From the sequence record MG673519.1: DNA of 64,000 bases; one strand, given 5' to 3'. How positions within the stretch are numbered: position 1 is the stretch's first letter; the number at the start of each line of letters is the position of its first letter. Below are positions 49,850 through 59,404 of this stretch, in pieces. A program made the position numbers and the translations under genes. The stretch is from Escherichia phage LAMP. The notes under the pieces are model-generated. The model searched no databases, had not been told where the DNA came from, and worked only from the letters and a program-made list of their open reading frames with translations.

Positions 49850-51043
49850 TTAGTAGTTTACAACAGTACCATCATTCAGGGTAATGCTATTAATCTGCAA
49901 CACACGACCAAGCTGACGATTACTGATTGGTGCGTTCCATCCAGAACGATAGAAGTTACGACCGCAGAAGAACAAGATCACATTACTTGCTACAATTGAA
50001 CCATTCTCAGGGTGCTTAATGTTAGCGATATAATAACCACGACGAAGATTGCGACGGGTGATTGGAGTGATCTCTAACCCTTGCTCTTCAACTTGCATTG
50101 TTTCAGGAACAGGTTCCGAAGACTCTTCAGCAACTGACTCAGCTGTCAATGTAGAGTTCTCATCACCTGATGATTCAGCAGATTCTTCCACTTCTTCAAC
50201 AGGCAGTTCGTAAGCAACACGGTAGTTAGGCTCAACTCCAGAGAAGCTCTTAACAAATTCAACGATGTTATGAGTGTAAGTTTCCAGAGTTGTACCAGTC
50301 AGGCCCGGAGCTGTATTGACTTCCAGAACCCAAGCGTTAGTTCCTTTACTGATCAGGTCAACAGCCCCGAAGTTCAAACCCAGAGCAGATACAGCTTTGT
50401 GAGCTTGAATCAGAACTTGATCAGGAGGAGCTTCAGTGAATGCGTTAGAGTAAACCCAACCAGTGTGATGGTTACGAATATCTTCACGATAGCTTTCCAG
50501 TTCACGATACCCGTTACGACGGATCTTCTTCTGAACGTAAGTGATAACACCTTCGAACACATGGACACGCCATTCACGACGTGGGCCTTGAATGCCACGG
50601 GTATAGAGAGGGGCGGGAGATATACCTTCACCTGGAAGACGAACAGTGATACCTTCTCCAGAATGACCATTCAAAATAGCACGTTCATAAACAATACTAT
50701 CCAGATTCCATTCTGACGCTTGAGCAGCACGGATTGAGTACTCTACAGTGGATACCCCAGCAGCTTCCAGAGTTTGAAATGCTGTGATTTTGTTAGCCGC
50801 TCGGTTCAAGGCAACCACAGAGTTCAATACAGTTGCCCCACCAAAGAAAGAATCATTGTATCGACGGTTTCCGTAGTTGACAACAATATCACCAACACGA
50901 GAACGGTAACGAGAACCCTCTGATACCAGAGACATTACGTTAGCATTTAAGCGAAGTTCCTGAACCTTAGTATTGATTGCAGAAGTAAGTTCACGAACTG
51001 AATCAGAAGGGCCATAAGGAAGAACACGGATACGAGTAGTCAT
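49850..51043 (-). CDS. ATP-grasp family ligase (RimK / glutathione-synthetase-like) with acidic linker and extra C-terminal domain
   Basis: 397 aa; ATP-grasp-like core including ...AWVLEVNTAPGL..., then a D/E/S-rich linker and an about 90-aa C-terminal domain. Confidence 0.65.
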   Translation of the reverse strand: MTTRIRVLPYGPSDSVRELTSAINTKVQELRLNANVMSLVSEGSRYRSRVGDIVVNYGNRRYNDSFFGGATVLNSVVALNRAANKITAFQTLEAAGVSTVEYSIRAAQASEWNLDSIVYERAILNGHSGEGITVRLPGEGISPAPLYTRGIQGPRREWRVHVFEGVITYVQKKIRRNGYRELESYREDIRNHHTGWVYSNAFTEAPPDQVLIQAHKAVSALGLNFGAVDLISKGTNAWVLEVNTAPGLTGTTLETYTHNIVEFVKSFSGVEPNYRVAYELPVEEVEESAESSGDENSTLTAESVAEESSEPVPETMQVEEQGLEITPITRRNLRRGYYIANIKHPENGSIVASNVILFFCGRNFYRSGWNAPISNRQLGRVLQINSITLNDGTVVNY

Positions 51044-51045
51044 TG

Positions 51046-51270
51046 TTAGATACCTTTAAGTTTAAGAATTTCGTTACGAGTTTTTTGAATCTGAGCTTCA
51101 ATTTCGAAGTAGTCATTGAACGCATCGTTCTCTACTTCATCGGATGGTGCATCAATCAGACCGAAAGCAAACGGATACAGCTTTCGCTGCTCCGTTACTA
51201 ATTCGATATGAACTCCTATGTAATACTGTAGGAGAGTAATCTTCGGTTTCTTAGGAACCAGACTTAACAT
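51046..51270 (-). CDS. Hypothetical protein
   Basis: ORF track, 74 aa; lies between the ATP-grasp and amidotransferase genes. Confidence 0.45.
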   Translation of the reverse strand: MLSLVPKKPKITLLQYYIGVHIELVTEQRKLYPFAFGLIDAPSDEVENDAFNDYFEIEAQIQKTRNEILKLKGI

Positions 51271-51484
51271 GAGGTTCTACCTTAATGCCTTTAATTTTTA
51301 CATAATCAGCAAGTACGTTATTGATCACCGTTGGGAATGGAACCTCAACTTGTGTCTCAAGTACTTGACCAATACCAGCTTGCATCCACTTCTGGATTGC
51401 ACGAAGGTTATCACATCCTGTGCTCGTCATCGGGATACGTCGAGTAGTTACAACATTATCCAACATCATTTTTCTGATTTCCAT
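51251..51484 (-). CDS. Hypothetical protein
   Basis: ORF track, 77 aa. Confidence 0.45.
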   Translation of the reverse strand: MEIRKMMLDNVVTTRRIPMTSTGCDNLRAIQKWMQAGIGQVLETQVEVPFPTVINNVLADYVKIKGIKVEPHVKSGS

Positions 51485-51488
51485 AAAC

Positions 51489-53519
51489 TTAACCTCTATT
51501 CAATGAACATTTAGGAGAATTACAATAAACTTGATTCATAGAACCAAGCGTACAACTTTCAGCATCGCGCCACGGAATCTGCTTAAAACACCCTGAGCAG
51601 TAGCCGAGGGTTGACCACATTGCTTTGGTGAAATCAGTGCTTCGGTTTCCGTCGAAGCTGACAACAGTTTTGCGGAGAGCTGTTCGTGATTCAGGAAACA
51701 CACCTGCTTTCTCAGCAGGTTCCTCCTTTTTTGGCTTAGTTGAGATTGCAAAAATACTGTTGCTACGTTTCTCAACATAAGCATCAACAACATCCTCCAG
51801 AGTAATGCCTGTCTGTTTCGCTGAGGAAGGTAATACAGTCATACGACCAATCATATCTTCAGTTACACGTAAAGCAAATTCAGGACGACGGGCGTTTGTT
51901 GTATCTGTTGCTTTAATCCAGACATAACCATCTTTGATCGTAGCATTAGATACTTTCTTCTTTATATCTACAGCGCAGACTTTACAGATATCTTCACCAC
52001 GAAGACGACTGAGTTCATCATCAAACTCGTTCTCTGTTTTAACTTCACCACAGATTTCACAAACACCAATAGGAGTTTCCTCCTCTTCTTCATCTTTAGG
52101 CTTAGTCAAACCTTCCAGACATTCAGGGTGCCAGTAGCATTGATATGCGAAGACTGCTTTAGGTGCATCCTTCCAATCAATGTGTTTATCACAACCGCCA
52201 CAATCACCATGAGAATGTGCTTCCCAGAATTTACGAGTGATAGTAACGCCATTCTTGTTGACGAAACTATCATTCATATCAAAAGGGATATCATCATCAA
52301 AGTCAGCAGTAGTTGACTCAGGCTCCTTTTTCTCCAGAGATGGGTCAACAAAACGACCTGCTGTGATCACTAAACGAACCATAGCATTAACTTCGGAGAT
52401 ACAGGATACTGTCCCACGGTAAACAATTTTAGGGTCTTTCAGGGCATCCTGATAAGCCTTAATGTCTACGTTATGAACATCACCTTCGATATACTCTTGA
52501 GATTTCTCATCGTAGATATAACCAATCATCTTACCCCGAGAAGGAACAGCACCAGCAGTTGCATAAGGGACAAACTCATGTGGTGTGATCTCCACAGTCA
52601 TGTCGCGGCGAATGTCAATGTTTCGATCGCTTGCGATTTTGTTTTGACTTACCACTGCGTTTCTTCGACGAACGTCTGCCGCTGTCACTCCCGGCTTCGT
52701 GTCGTAAGGATTGCTTGTACTGCTTTTTGAGGAACTTTGATAGTTGCTTTGGCTGTAGTTGTTCGAGTAGTAATTGCCCCAACGATTGATTACCGTAAAA
52801 ACCGGAAGCTCGTGGGCGACCTCTTCAACTAGAGTCATGCTGTTGTTTGACACATCAAAGATGTATTCTGTACCAACTTTACATTCAAAGTGCTCATCAA
52901 TGCGATTCTTGTGAGACCTAGAACGCTTCAGAATCCACATCAACATATCTTCTTCAGAAGCACCAAACCAATCTCTGTTACAACGTGCAAGATGGAAAGG
53001 ACGCTCTTCATTACGGATGATATGAAGACGATTATCAGAAGCATCATGCCAGATTAAGGTGAAAGCACCATCCAGCTTTTGAATAGTCTCTGCTGCACCA
53101 ATAGTGTTAATAGAGTGGCAGATGTTTTCACTGTCTACCTCGAAGTTTTTACTGTCAGGTAACAGGTCTTGGTTCATCAAGGTTCCGTTATGAACCAGAG
53201 TGATGTTACCGTGTTGGAAAGGATGGGCGTTCTTGGCGTTAACTGCACCTTTCGTTGCATGACGGCTGTGACCAACAATCCATGAAGGTGCTACAGTGTA
53301 AGCTGTTTCACCAGTGGTGTGCTTCTTGTACTCATCTTGAAGGATGAATGCGAAAGAAGGAAGTGCCTCTTTATAAGTGAAGACTTCTTTAGTGCTTTTA
53401 CGCTGACCAAAGATACCAGAGGAGTGCTGTCCTCGGAATACTCCAGCATAAAAGAGTTGGTTAAATATATCTAAATCAGTGCTTGACAGATTACCGCCAG
53501 CTAATACGATGCCACAAAT
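51489..53519 (-). CDS. Class II (Ntn-type) glutamine-amidotransferase-like protein fused to Cys-rich zinc-ribbon domains; apparent AUU start
   Basis: The track gives 51489..53180, but the frame is open a further 113 codons upstream. The first codons read (AUU)-CGIVLAGGN..., the (M)CGI N-terminus of class II amidotransferases / Ntn hydrolases. No ATG/GTG/TTG between the upstream in-frame stop and the catalytic Cys. AGGTGGA SD 7 nt upstream of ATT; length divisible by 3 with the track stop. C-terminal part holds several CxxC pairs. Confidence 0.65.
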   Translation of the reverse strand: MCGIVLAGGNLSSTDLDIFNQLFYAGVFRGQHSSGIFGQRKSTKEVFTYKEALPSFAFILQDEYKKHTTGETAYTVAPSWIVGHSRHATKGAVNAKNAHPFQHGNITLVHNGTLMNQDLLPDSKNFEVDSENICHSINTIGAAETIQKLDGAFTLIWHDASDNRLHIIRNEERPFHLARCNRDWFGASEEDMLMWILKRSRSHKNRIDEHFECKVGTEYIFDVSNNSMTLVEEVAHELPVFTVINRWGNYYSNNYSQSNYQSSSKSSTSNPYDTKPGVTAADVRRRNAVVSQNKIASDRNIDIRRDMTVEITPHEFVPYATAGAVPSRGKMIGYIYDEKSQEYIEGDVHNVDIKAYQDALKDPKIVYRGTVSCISEVNAMVRLVITAGRFVDPSLEKKEPESTTADFDDDIPFDMNDSFVNKNGVTITRKFWEAHSHGDCGGCDKHIDWKDAPKAVFAYQCYWHPECLEGLTKPKDEEEEETPIGVCEICGEVKTENEFDDELSRLRGEDICKVCAVDIKKKVSNATIKDGYVWIKATDTTNARRPEFALRVTEDMIGRMTVLPSSAKQTGITLEDVVDAYVEKRSNSIFAISTKPKKEEPAEKAGVFPESRTALRKTVVSFDGNRSTDFTKAMWSTLGYCSGCFKQIPWRDAESCTLGSMNQVYCNSPKCSLNRG

Positions 53520-53522
53520 TTT

Positions 53523-53552
53523 CTAATCCACCTGAAGGGTAAACCCTTTCAT
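53523..53552 (-). promoter_or_regulatory. 9-codon leader mini-ORF (MKGFTLQVD) ending 3 nt before the AUU start of the amidotransferase
   Basis: Read directly: ATG AAA GGG TTT ACC CTT CAG GTG GAT TAG, then AAA ATT TGT GGC; own AAAGG SD; the arrangement suggests termination-reinitiation coupling. Confidence 0.35.
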
Positions 53553-53598
53553 CTAATTAACCTTTAAATTGTGCCCCTTCGTCAGAGGCACCCATTGA

Positions 53599-54702
53599 TT
53601 ACAGCGCTTGCTCTAACTGATTTTCCAGATGATCTGGAATATATCCTGTGATGTTGTTATCACTGTGTCCTGACTCACGTAGCAAGTCAAAAATAGCACG
53701 GATACGCTGTTCTGATGCAGATCGTACAGTAGATAGGTCAGTTGTACGAAGCATAACCAGAATTTCTTGGTACAAGTTGTTAGCGTTCCCTCGAATATAC
53801 CCAAGGAACCCATAGAAGTCTGGAATAAGACGTAAGTCAACAAGAACTTCTCCGTTGGAGTTGGTTCGACGTAAACGAATACGACCAGACTGCTCTACTT
53901 CATGAGAACGACAATACAAAACATCACGGGCCATACAATACCCTGAATGCAAATCCGATTCGTCCAGATTGTAATCCAGAGGAAGATAAGGAAGCATTGG
54001 GGCAAATCGTACAGTATTTAAATGCTCAATAAACTGGTCATTGCTCATCTCTGCGTTATCTAAAGCCAGCTTCTTCAACATTAAGAAGCGGTTAACCAGA
54101 TTGAGAAGTTGACCACGTTTCCACTTAGGCTCACTGATACGAAACTCAATTGAGCCGTATTGGGCAAGTGGCAGAAGGTTCAGAGATGTATACTTATCCC
54201 ATGAACGAACCAGACGGTTGAAGAACTCTTCACCATCGTAGTTAAATGCGTCAGAGGCGTTCATTACCTGTGCTTGTACCACTGCGAAAGCAGGGCAGAA
54301 GTTGCTACGGTAACGATGATAGCCTGAACACTTGAACAACATTTTTTCATAGAAGGTCCAAGCGAGGATGGTTTTCTTGAGGATATTACTATCAGCATCC
54401 CTCATATCCATATGAACGTGAGTAGAGCAACGCCAAGTCCCCTCGGCGTGCGATTCAGCTACTGCTTCACTCAGGTTGTTGATAGCGTCTAACAACTCCT
54501 GTCCATTGTAAGGTCGTGAACATACCATTTCACAACCATTACGCAGGGAACCATCCTCTGTACAATCCCACATATCTGCTTCAATATGGTCGGAACCTTC
54601 GAGTTCTAGTTCGATACCGATACCGCACTGAAGTGCAATTGAACTATGCGCCTCAGTTAAACGACCTTCTCGGTATCCAAAAGTTTGCGCTACAGTTGTC
54701 AT
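53599..54702 (-). CDS. Putative amidoligase (glutamine-synthetase / GCS2-like carboxylate-amine ligase)
   Basis: 367 aa; N-terminal ...IALQCGIGIELELEG... resembles the GxExE strand of GS-like amidoligases; stop overlaps the downstream gene. Assigned from motif and context only. Confidence 0.4.
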   Translation of the reverse strand: MTTVAQTFGYREGRLTEAHSSIALQCGIGIELELEGSDHIEADMWDCTEDGSLRNGCEMVCSRPYNGQELLDAINNLSEAVAESHAEGTWRCSTHVHMDMRDADSNILKKTILAWTFYEKMLFKCSGYHRYRSNFCPAFAVVQAQVMNASDAFNYDGEEFFNRLVRSWDKYTSLNLLPLAQYGSIEFRISEPKWKRGQLLNLVNRFLMLKKLALDNAEMSNDQFIEHLNTVRFAPMLPYLPLDYNLDESDLHSGYCMARDVLYCRSHEVEQSGRIRLRRTNSNGEVLVDLRLIPDFYGFLGYIRGNANNLYQEILVMLRTTDLSTVRSASEQRIRAIFDLLRESGHSDNNITGYIPDHLENQLEQAL

Positions 54703-55316
54703 AACGAATCCACCAACGTAATATTATAATTGCTAAGATTTTCAGAGATGTGATGAAAATATTCCAGAAGTCGCATCGGTTGCTGACCATAAGAGTCACG
54801 AGATGCTTCCAGATCTACTTGTCCTACCAGTGCACCTTTATAATGCACTTTACCATCTGTAGGGTTGATGTAAATGTAACGAGTGACCAATCCATCAAAC
54901 TCTGGATTGAACAAACTGTAAACCATCTCCCCAGAGATAGAACGACCAATCCCAGGAGCATTTCGAATCTTATTACCCATTAAACCCTTTGCTCTCTGAC
55001 GAACAGGGTTAATATGAGTCCAGCTCACAGTGTTACCGTTATGGAACAGATAACCAACATCAGGTGATTCAAGAATCAAGGTTGGGTCGAACACTGGAAT
55101 ATTCATCACAATGTTTCGAAGATTCCCATGCTCGTTCTTGTACCACTGCTCTACAACAAAATACAGAGCCTGCTCTGCTTCGTGAGAGAAGTCATCGCTG
55201 CGGAAGTTACCGCTCTGCTCAACACCAATCACAAAACATGGAAGGTTGATATTACCTGCTCGTTTAGCAATCCATGTACCGTTATAGTAATGAGAAAAAT
55301 CAGATACTAAGCTCAC
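54699..55316 (-). CDS. Hypothetical protein (cluster member)
   Basis: ORF track, 205 aa; 4-nt overlap with the next gene. Confidence 0.5.
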   Translation of the reverse strand: MSLVSDFSHYYNGTWIAKRAGNINLPCFVIGVEQSGNFRSDDFSHEAEQALYFVVEQWYKNEHGNLRNIVMNIPVFDPTLILESPDVGYLFHNGNTVSWTHINPVRQRAKGLMGNKIRNAPGIGRSISGEMVYSLFNPEFDGLVTRYIYINPTDGKVHYKGALVGQVDLEASRDSYGQQPMRLLEYFHHISENLSNYNITLVDSL

Positions 55317-55325
55317 GATAACCTC

Positions 55326-56132
55326 TTATGCTACCTGAAGGCGTTTAATCTGCTGGTCCGCTTCTTTAACGTTATTACCGTTAATGATTTCATGAAGCTT
55401 CTCAATCGGAAGGCGAGAGTGCAATGCCATCAGAGTGGACATGTCACACTGCTGAACAACCTTGTCAACCTGATCATAAACAAACTTACGGTTTTCACGA
55501 TCACTAATCCAGAAGTTAGACAGGGAACGATATTCAATACCATAGTCCTTGTAGCGGATTGCAGATGCTTTACCGTAGAGTTCTTTACGGCGAGTGTCTT
55601 TATCCATAATAACTGCTGGGAGGGATAGGAAGTAGTCACACAGCACACCCAGCATCATCTGAGTTTGCAGGGTGATATCCAAAGCACCAACTACGCCAAG
55701 ATGTACGTGACCACCGGCAGTACGAAGCCCCTTATTTTGAGAAGTCGGGGATGGGTTCTTCTGACCAGTGAAAGCGTTGAAATCAGGAGTACATCCAAAG
55801 ATGAACGCTGATTCATTGAAAGTCTTCATCTCTTCTTCAGTGAAGATGTGAGAGCTAACACCCGGAGCTGTTTCCATGTCCAGTTTGTTCAGGACATTAT
55901 TGGTGAGATCGATACCACGTTGCATGTTGTCATTAAACGCTTCAAAACCGCTCTGTGGGTCAATATCAAACTCAGCCAGTACGTTGTCCTCTTGAAGACG
56001 AACATCCTTAGCCAGAGCGATCTTATCGTCCTTAGAACAACCTAACAGACCAGCTACAGAGGTGATGATTCCTTTGCTGGTACGAACGAACATTTCCGGA
56101 TCCGATCCTATTAAGAATTTGCGCTTAGTCAT
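55326..56132 (-). CDS. Hypothetical protein (cluster member; possible second ligase-like enzyme)
   Basis: ORF track, 268 aa; N-terminal FLIGSDPEMFV; unassigned. Confidence 0.5.
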   Translation of the reverse strand: MTKRKFLIGSDPEMFVRTSKGIITSVAGLLGCSKDDKIALAKDVRLQEDNVLAEFDIDPQSGFEAFNDNMQRGIDLTNNVLNKLDMETAPGVSSHIFTEEEMKTFNESAFIFGCTPDFNAFTGQKNPSPTSQNKGLRTAGGHVHLGVVGALDITLQTQMMLGVLCDYFLSLPAVIMDKDTRRKELYGKASAIRYKDYGIEYRSLSNFWISDRENRKFVYDQVDKVVQQCDMSTLMALHSRLPIEKLHEIINGNNVKEADQQIKRLQVA

Positions 56133-57096
56133 TGTAATACTCCACTAGTTCAGAAAAGAGAGATGAGATTGTGTTACCGATTTCTTCAGGATTAAGACCA
56201 GAATCGATTCCAGTACGCTGAATTATTCGTGCTGTAAAGTTTTGTACTGTAATGTTTTCCAACTTATTGTCTATTGCTTCACGTTTGTGACCATAACAGT
56301 TGGACCAGAGTTTTAACCACTCTGACATTGTTTCATACTCATCCGGATCTTGATCTTTAGCACGAGCAAATCTTCGTAAGACATCTGTGTTGTGGTTACG
56401 AACATAACCATTCTCGTTGTCACCAACACCGAAGGGGTTTTGAACCCATACTTGCTTCGTGTATTCATCAGAGTCAACAACCAAAGGAAGGAATGCTGCT
56501 GCTGACATATTGTTGTCAATAACAACAGACGTGCTTTCACTACTCCCATTGGAAGCTCCTCGTTGAGACCACCTACCAAAGAAGTCACGACCCAACCCAG
56601 CTAACAATAGAGCGATGCCAATGCGTTTACGCTTCAGCCACTCTTCCCTGTCTTCAATTCCTTCTGCTAGGAAATCCATTCCACGATACTGCCCTTCCAA
56701 AATGCTACGGAAGAGCATAAGTCCTGTGAAGATTTGATCTGCTGGATGCTCACGGAGGTTGACAGCTACGCTATTCGCTGAAGTGATTGTGAATACATCG
56801 CGATAGCAAGACATGGAGTTCATAATATCTGCTGTTTCAACCAAGTTCTTTTCAATATAAGATGCATCATGACCGTGAAAAGAGTGAGTCCAGTAATTCA
56901 GCATCTCCAGTTGCAAGTTGATATCACGGTTGAAGCGTCTATAACGCCCCTCTTCCATGATAACTTCGCCATTAATATCGCTTACACATTGGCCTTGCAT
57001 GTAGTTGTGAATACCGAAGCACCCACGACCTAAGAACTTCTGTTCCCCTAAATCTTGTTGAAGATTCAGAGGTACGATCGTTGTGGAGATTGACAT
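56125..57096 (-). CDS. Hypothetical protein (cluster member)
   Basis: ORF track, 323 aa; 8-nt overlap with the downstream gene. Confidence 0.5.
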   Translation of the reverse strand: MSISTTIVPLNLQQDLGEQKFLGRGCFGIHNYMQGQCVSDINGEVIMEEGRYRRFNRDINLQLEMLNYWTHSFHGHDASYIEKNLVETADIMNSMSCYRDVFTITSANSVAVNLREHPADQIFTGLMLFRSILEGQYRGMDFLAEGIEDREEWLKRKRIGIALLLAGLGRDFFGRWSQRGASNGSSESTSVVIDNNMSAAAFLPLVVDSDEYTKQVWVQNPFGVGDNENGYVRNHNTDVLRRFARAKDQDPDEYETMSEWLKLWSNCYGHKREAIDNKLENITVQNFTARIIQRTGIDSGLNPEEIGNTISSLFSELVEYYND

Positions 57097-57106
57097 AACT
57101 AACCTT

Positions 57107-58306
57107 TTATTTTCCTAAAAATAATCCGCTCATAATACCATCCCACTCAGAGGATGGAATCACTGAATACTCCGAACTTTGGTCCAGAGTTCCACTACTA
57201 AATCGCTGAACAATGTTATAGATGTTGAACAGGTCTTTAGCCTCAGTACGGATACCGTAGACTAATTTATCAAATGTTCTTTCATCTTTAGATACCCGAC
57301 GAGCAAAATTAACCAGAAGGTTGTCACATTTAAGCGTTTCTGACCCACTCTCTACCAAATCAGGGTGCATCACAGGCAAGAACATCGAGTTGTTAACTCG
57401 CAATTCTGCTGTTTCATCATTCTCATAATGAATCCACTTAAAATCTTCATCACGAAAGTGACCGCATCCATCTCTGTATGACTGTTGACGCCAAGGCACT
57501 TGAAATGCTTCAGCGTATTTATCAGCCATGCCGACTGTAAACAGCGACGCTGGGAAGATACAAGCATCCCAATCATTACCGACCAGAGTTGCTTTCGTTT
57601 CACCCAAGAGGTTAGTATAAGTGCTAACCATTCGGGAATAAATATAAGCCTGAAGGATTGTCCAACCTTCAATCAACCATTTATGAAGGAAGGTTTCAAC
57701 TTGACTCTCTTCGTCTTCGCAATAGAAGGTTCGGTCTAGCATTAAATAGAACAGACAACGATCAGCAGGGATGTTCTCAGTTGCTACACCCATAAAACCT
57801 TTCTCGTGCCAGCGTAAACAGGAGGGACGATCTTTGTCCACAAATGCTTCCATAGCTTCCAGTACAGCACGAGGTGAGGTTTGGTATTCAGGGTTTTTAC
57901 TATTCCAACGATCAATGTTGTTCTTAGGAGGTGTGTCTTCATCTTCATACGAACACCAACTTAAAGCTTCAGATACGTGCTTTTCATCACACCAATGCCT
58001 AAAACCTAACATCTTCATGTGAGTTCCGGAGTTCCAGATATGCTTGATTTTACACATATCCATCTCTCGGCTTAACAGGAACTCTTCCCCATCAGCACTA
58101 CGAACGTTAGCTTCTTCATTCCACACTCGAACGTGCATATTCCACCCATAAGTTGCCTCATACGTGTTAGGGTCGAAGTAGTCGTCGTATTCGTCATCAT
58201 CTTCATCAACGCCACCGTTATAGTTTCGGAGCTGAAGGAATCCATAGCAAGGAGGATAGACCGTTAAAACTCTACCTTCAATATCTTCTAATGTTACTGG
58301 AAACAT
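57107..58306 (-). CDS. Hypothetical protein (cluster member)
   Basis: ORF track, 399 aa; acidic N-terminal stretch; unassigned. Confidence 0.5.
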   Translation of the reverse strand: MFPVTLEDIEGRVLTVYPPCYGFLQLRNYNGGVDEDDDEYDDYFDPNTYEATYGWNMHVRVWNEEANVRSADGEEFLLSREMDMCKIKHIWNSGTHMKMLGFRHWCDEKHVSEALSWCSYEDEDTPPKNNIDRWNSKNPEYQTSPRAVLEAMEAFVDKDRPSCLRWHEKGFMGVATENIPADRCLFYLMLDRTFYCEDEESQVETFLHKWLIEGWTILQAYIYSRMVSTYTNLLGETKATLVGNDWDACIFPASLFTVGMADKYAEAFQVPWRQQSYRDGCGHFRDEDFKWIHYENDETAELRVNNSMFLPVMHPDLVESGSETLKCDNLLVNFARRVSKDERTFDKLVYGIRTEAKDLFNIYNIVQRFSSGTLDQSSEYSVIPSSEWDGIMSGLFLGK

Positions 58307-58317
58307 TATACCAACCT

Positions 58318-58680
58318 CTATTGGTTTTTAATCAACTCAATAGACTTACGGATATAAAGAATATCTCGGAAGTTTCTGTAGTTGTTCATAAATTGATGCT
58401 TCTGGAACTCAGCTTCTTCCAGAGCTTTCTTTGCGTCTGCGTAGTTTTTACGGGCAAGATATACAACCCGCTCTGGTAACATGTTTGCACGATGGATTAG
58501 ATACTTGTGAGCTTTCATATTGCTTTGCTCACGAGCAATCTTACCTTTAGCAACTTTGATACCATTTGCAATCCAAGCAAGTTCTTGCTCAAGCTCATCG
58601 TTGGACATTCCACCGAGGTTTGATGCAACCTTGTTCAGAGTTTCAATATTAACGTTGCCCTTGATGGGACGTGTATTCAT
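58318..58680 (-). CDS. Hypothetical protein
   Basis: ORF track, 120 aa. Confidence 0.5.
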   Translation of the reverse strand: MNTRPIKGNVNIETLNKVASNLGGMSNDELEQELAWIANGIKVAKGKIAREQSNMKAHKYLIHRANMLPERVVYLARKNYADAKKALEEAEFQKHQFMNNYRNFRDILYIRKSIELIKNQ

Positions 58681-58682
58681 AC

Positions 58683-58910
58683 TTACTCCTGTTGTTTACA
58701 CTCGTCAATAACCCACTGATAAGTGGATTGCCCAGAAAAGAAACACTGAATAAATCCAGACGTTCTCTGCGTTACCAGTGCTAGTGCACAAATCACTACC
58801 GCTGCTGCTAGCAGTTTTAAATCTAATTTAGACATATTTCCTCTCATTGAATTTAAAAAAGGACTCTCCGAAAAGAGCCAAGCTTTAAATCCAAAAAAGA
58901 TATTACCCAA
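58683..58910 (-). CDS. Small membrane protein (start possibly internal at MSKLDLK)
   Basis: ORF track, 75 aa; hydrophobic segment LLAAAVVICALALV. Confidence 0.4.
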   Translation of the reverse strand: MGNIFFGFKAWLFSESPFLNSMRGNMSKLDLKLLAAAVVICALALVTQRTSGFIQCFFSGQSTYQWVIDECKQQE

Positions 58911-59035
58911 TATCTGTGGATAACCTGCTCTTAAAATATCTATCCGACGGATGTTTGAGGAACACTCCTCGCCCTAGCATCGGCCCCATACGGGAAATAA
59001 ATTAAGATTAGGTTAGTTGAGTCAGAATAACTCAC

Positions 59036-59060
59036 ATAGCCTTCTCCGGAAGAAGGCTAT
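59036..59060 (-). terminator. Conserved hairpin element (copy 1) just 3' of a stop codon; terminator or processing site
   Basis: Perfect 10-bp stem ATAGCCTTCT/AGAAGGCTAT with 5-nt loop, preceded on the plus strand by CTCACATAGCC; the same 11-mer and an ATAGCC...GGCTAT hairpin recur at 62412-62444. Confidence 0.35.
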
Positions 59061-59065
59061 AGATG

Positions 59066-59299
59066 TTACTCGCCTTTCTTAGCACGATCTTTGGCAGTTT
59101 TGCCAGTGCGGATGCGGTGTGAAACGTTAACCAGAGTGCCACCATCAACTACGGTAACGCTCTTGTTTTTAGCCAGATCAAACACAGCCTTCTCTGTGCC
59201 ACCCAAGCGAATTTGCTTAGGTTCACTGAAGGTTTGGGTTGATTTAGATTGGAACTGGAACGGTTGACGGATTGCATCAATTGCACTTACTTTAGACAT
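59066..59299 (-). CDS. Hypothetical protein
   Basis: ORF track, 77 aa. Confidence 0.5.
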   Translation of the reverse strand: MSKVSAIDAIRQPFQFQSKSTQTFSEPKQIRLGGTEKAVFDLAKNKSVTVVDGGTLVNVSHRIRTGKTAKDRAKKGE

Positions 59300-59404
59300 A
59301 GGGGAAATTCCTTAAAAATCATGGCTGCGTAGAGGGAATTCCCTACGCAAATTAGGCCGCCTAAAAAGAGGCGTCATAGTACTAAAAGGAGGAGAGAAGA
59401 GGAC

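Noticed and set aside
59371-59387. Resemblance of the 17-nt repeated element to T7/SP6-type single-subunit RNAP promoters
   Set aside because: Only a loose TTTAG / ACTAT resemblance, and no phage RNA polymerase gene in the window; kept as a motif of unknown function rather than called a promoter.
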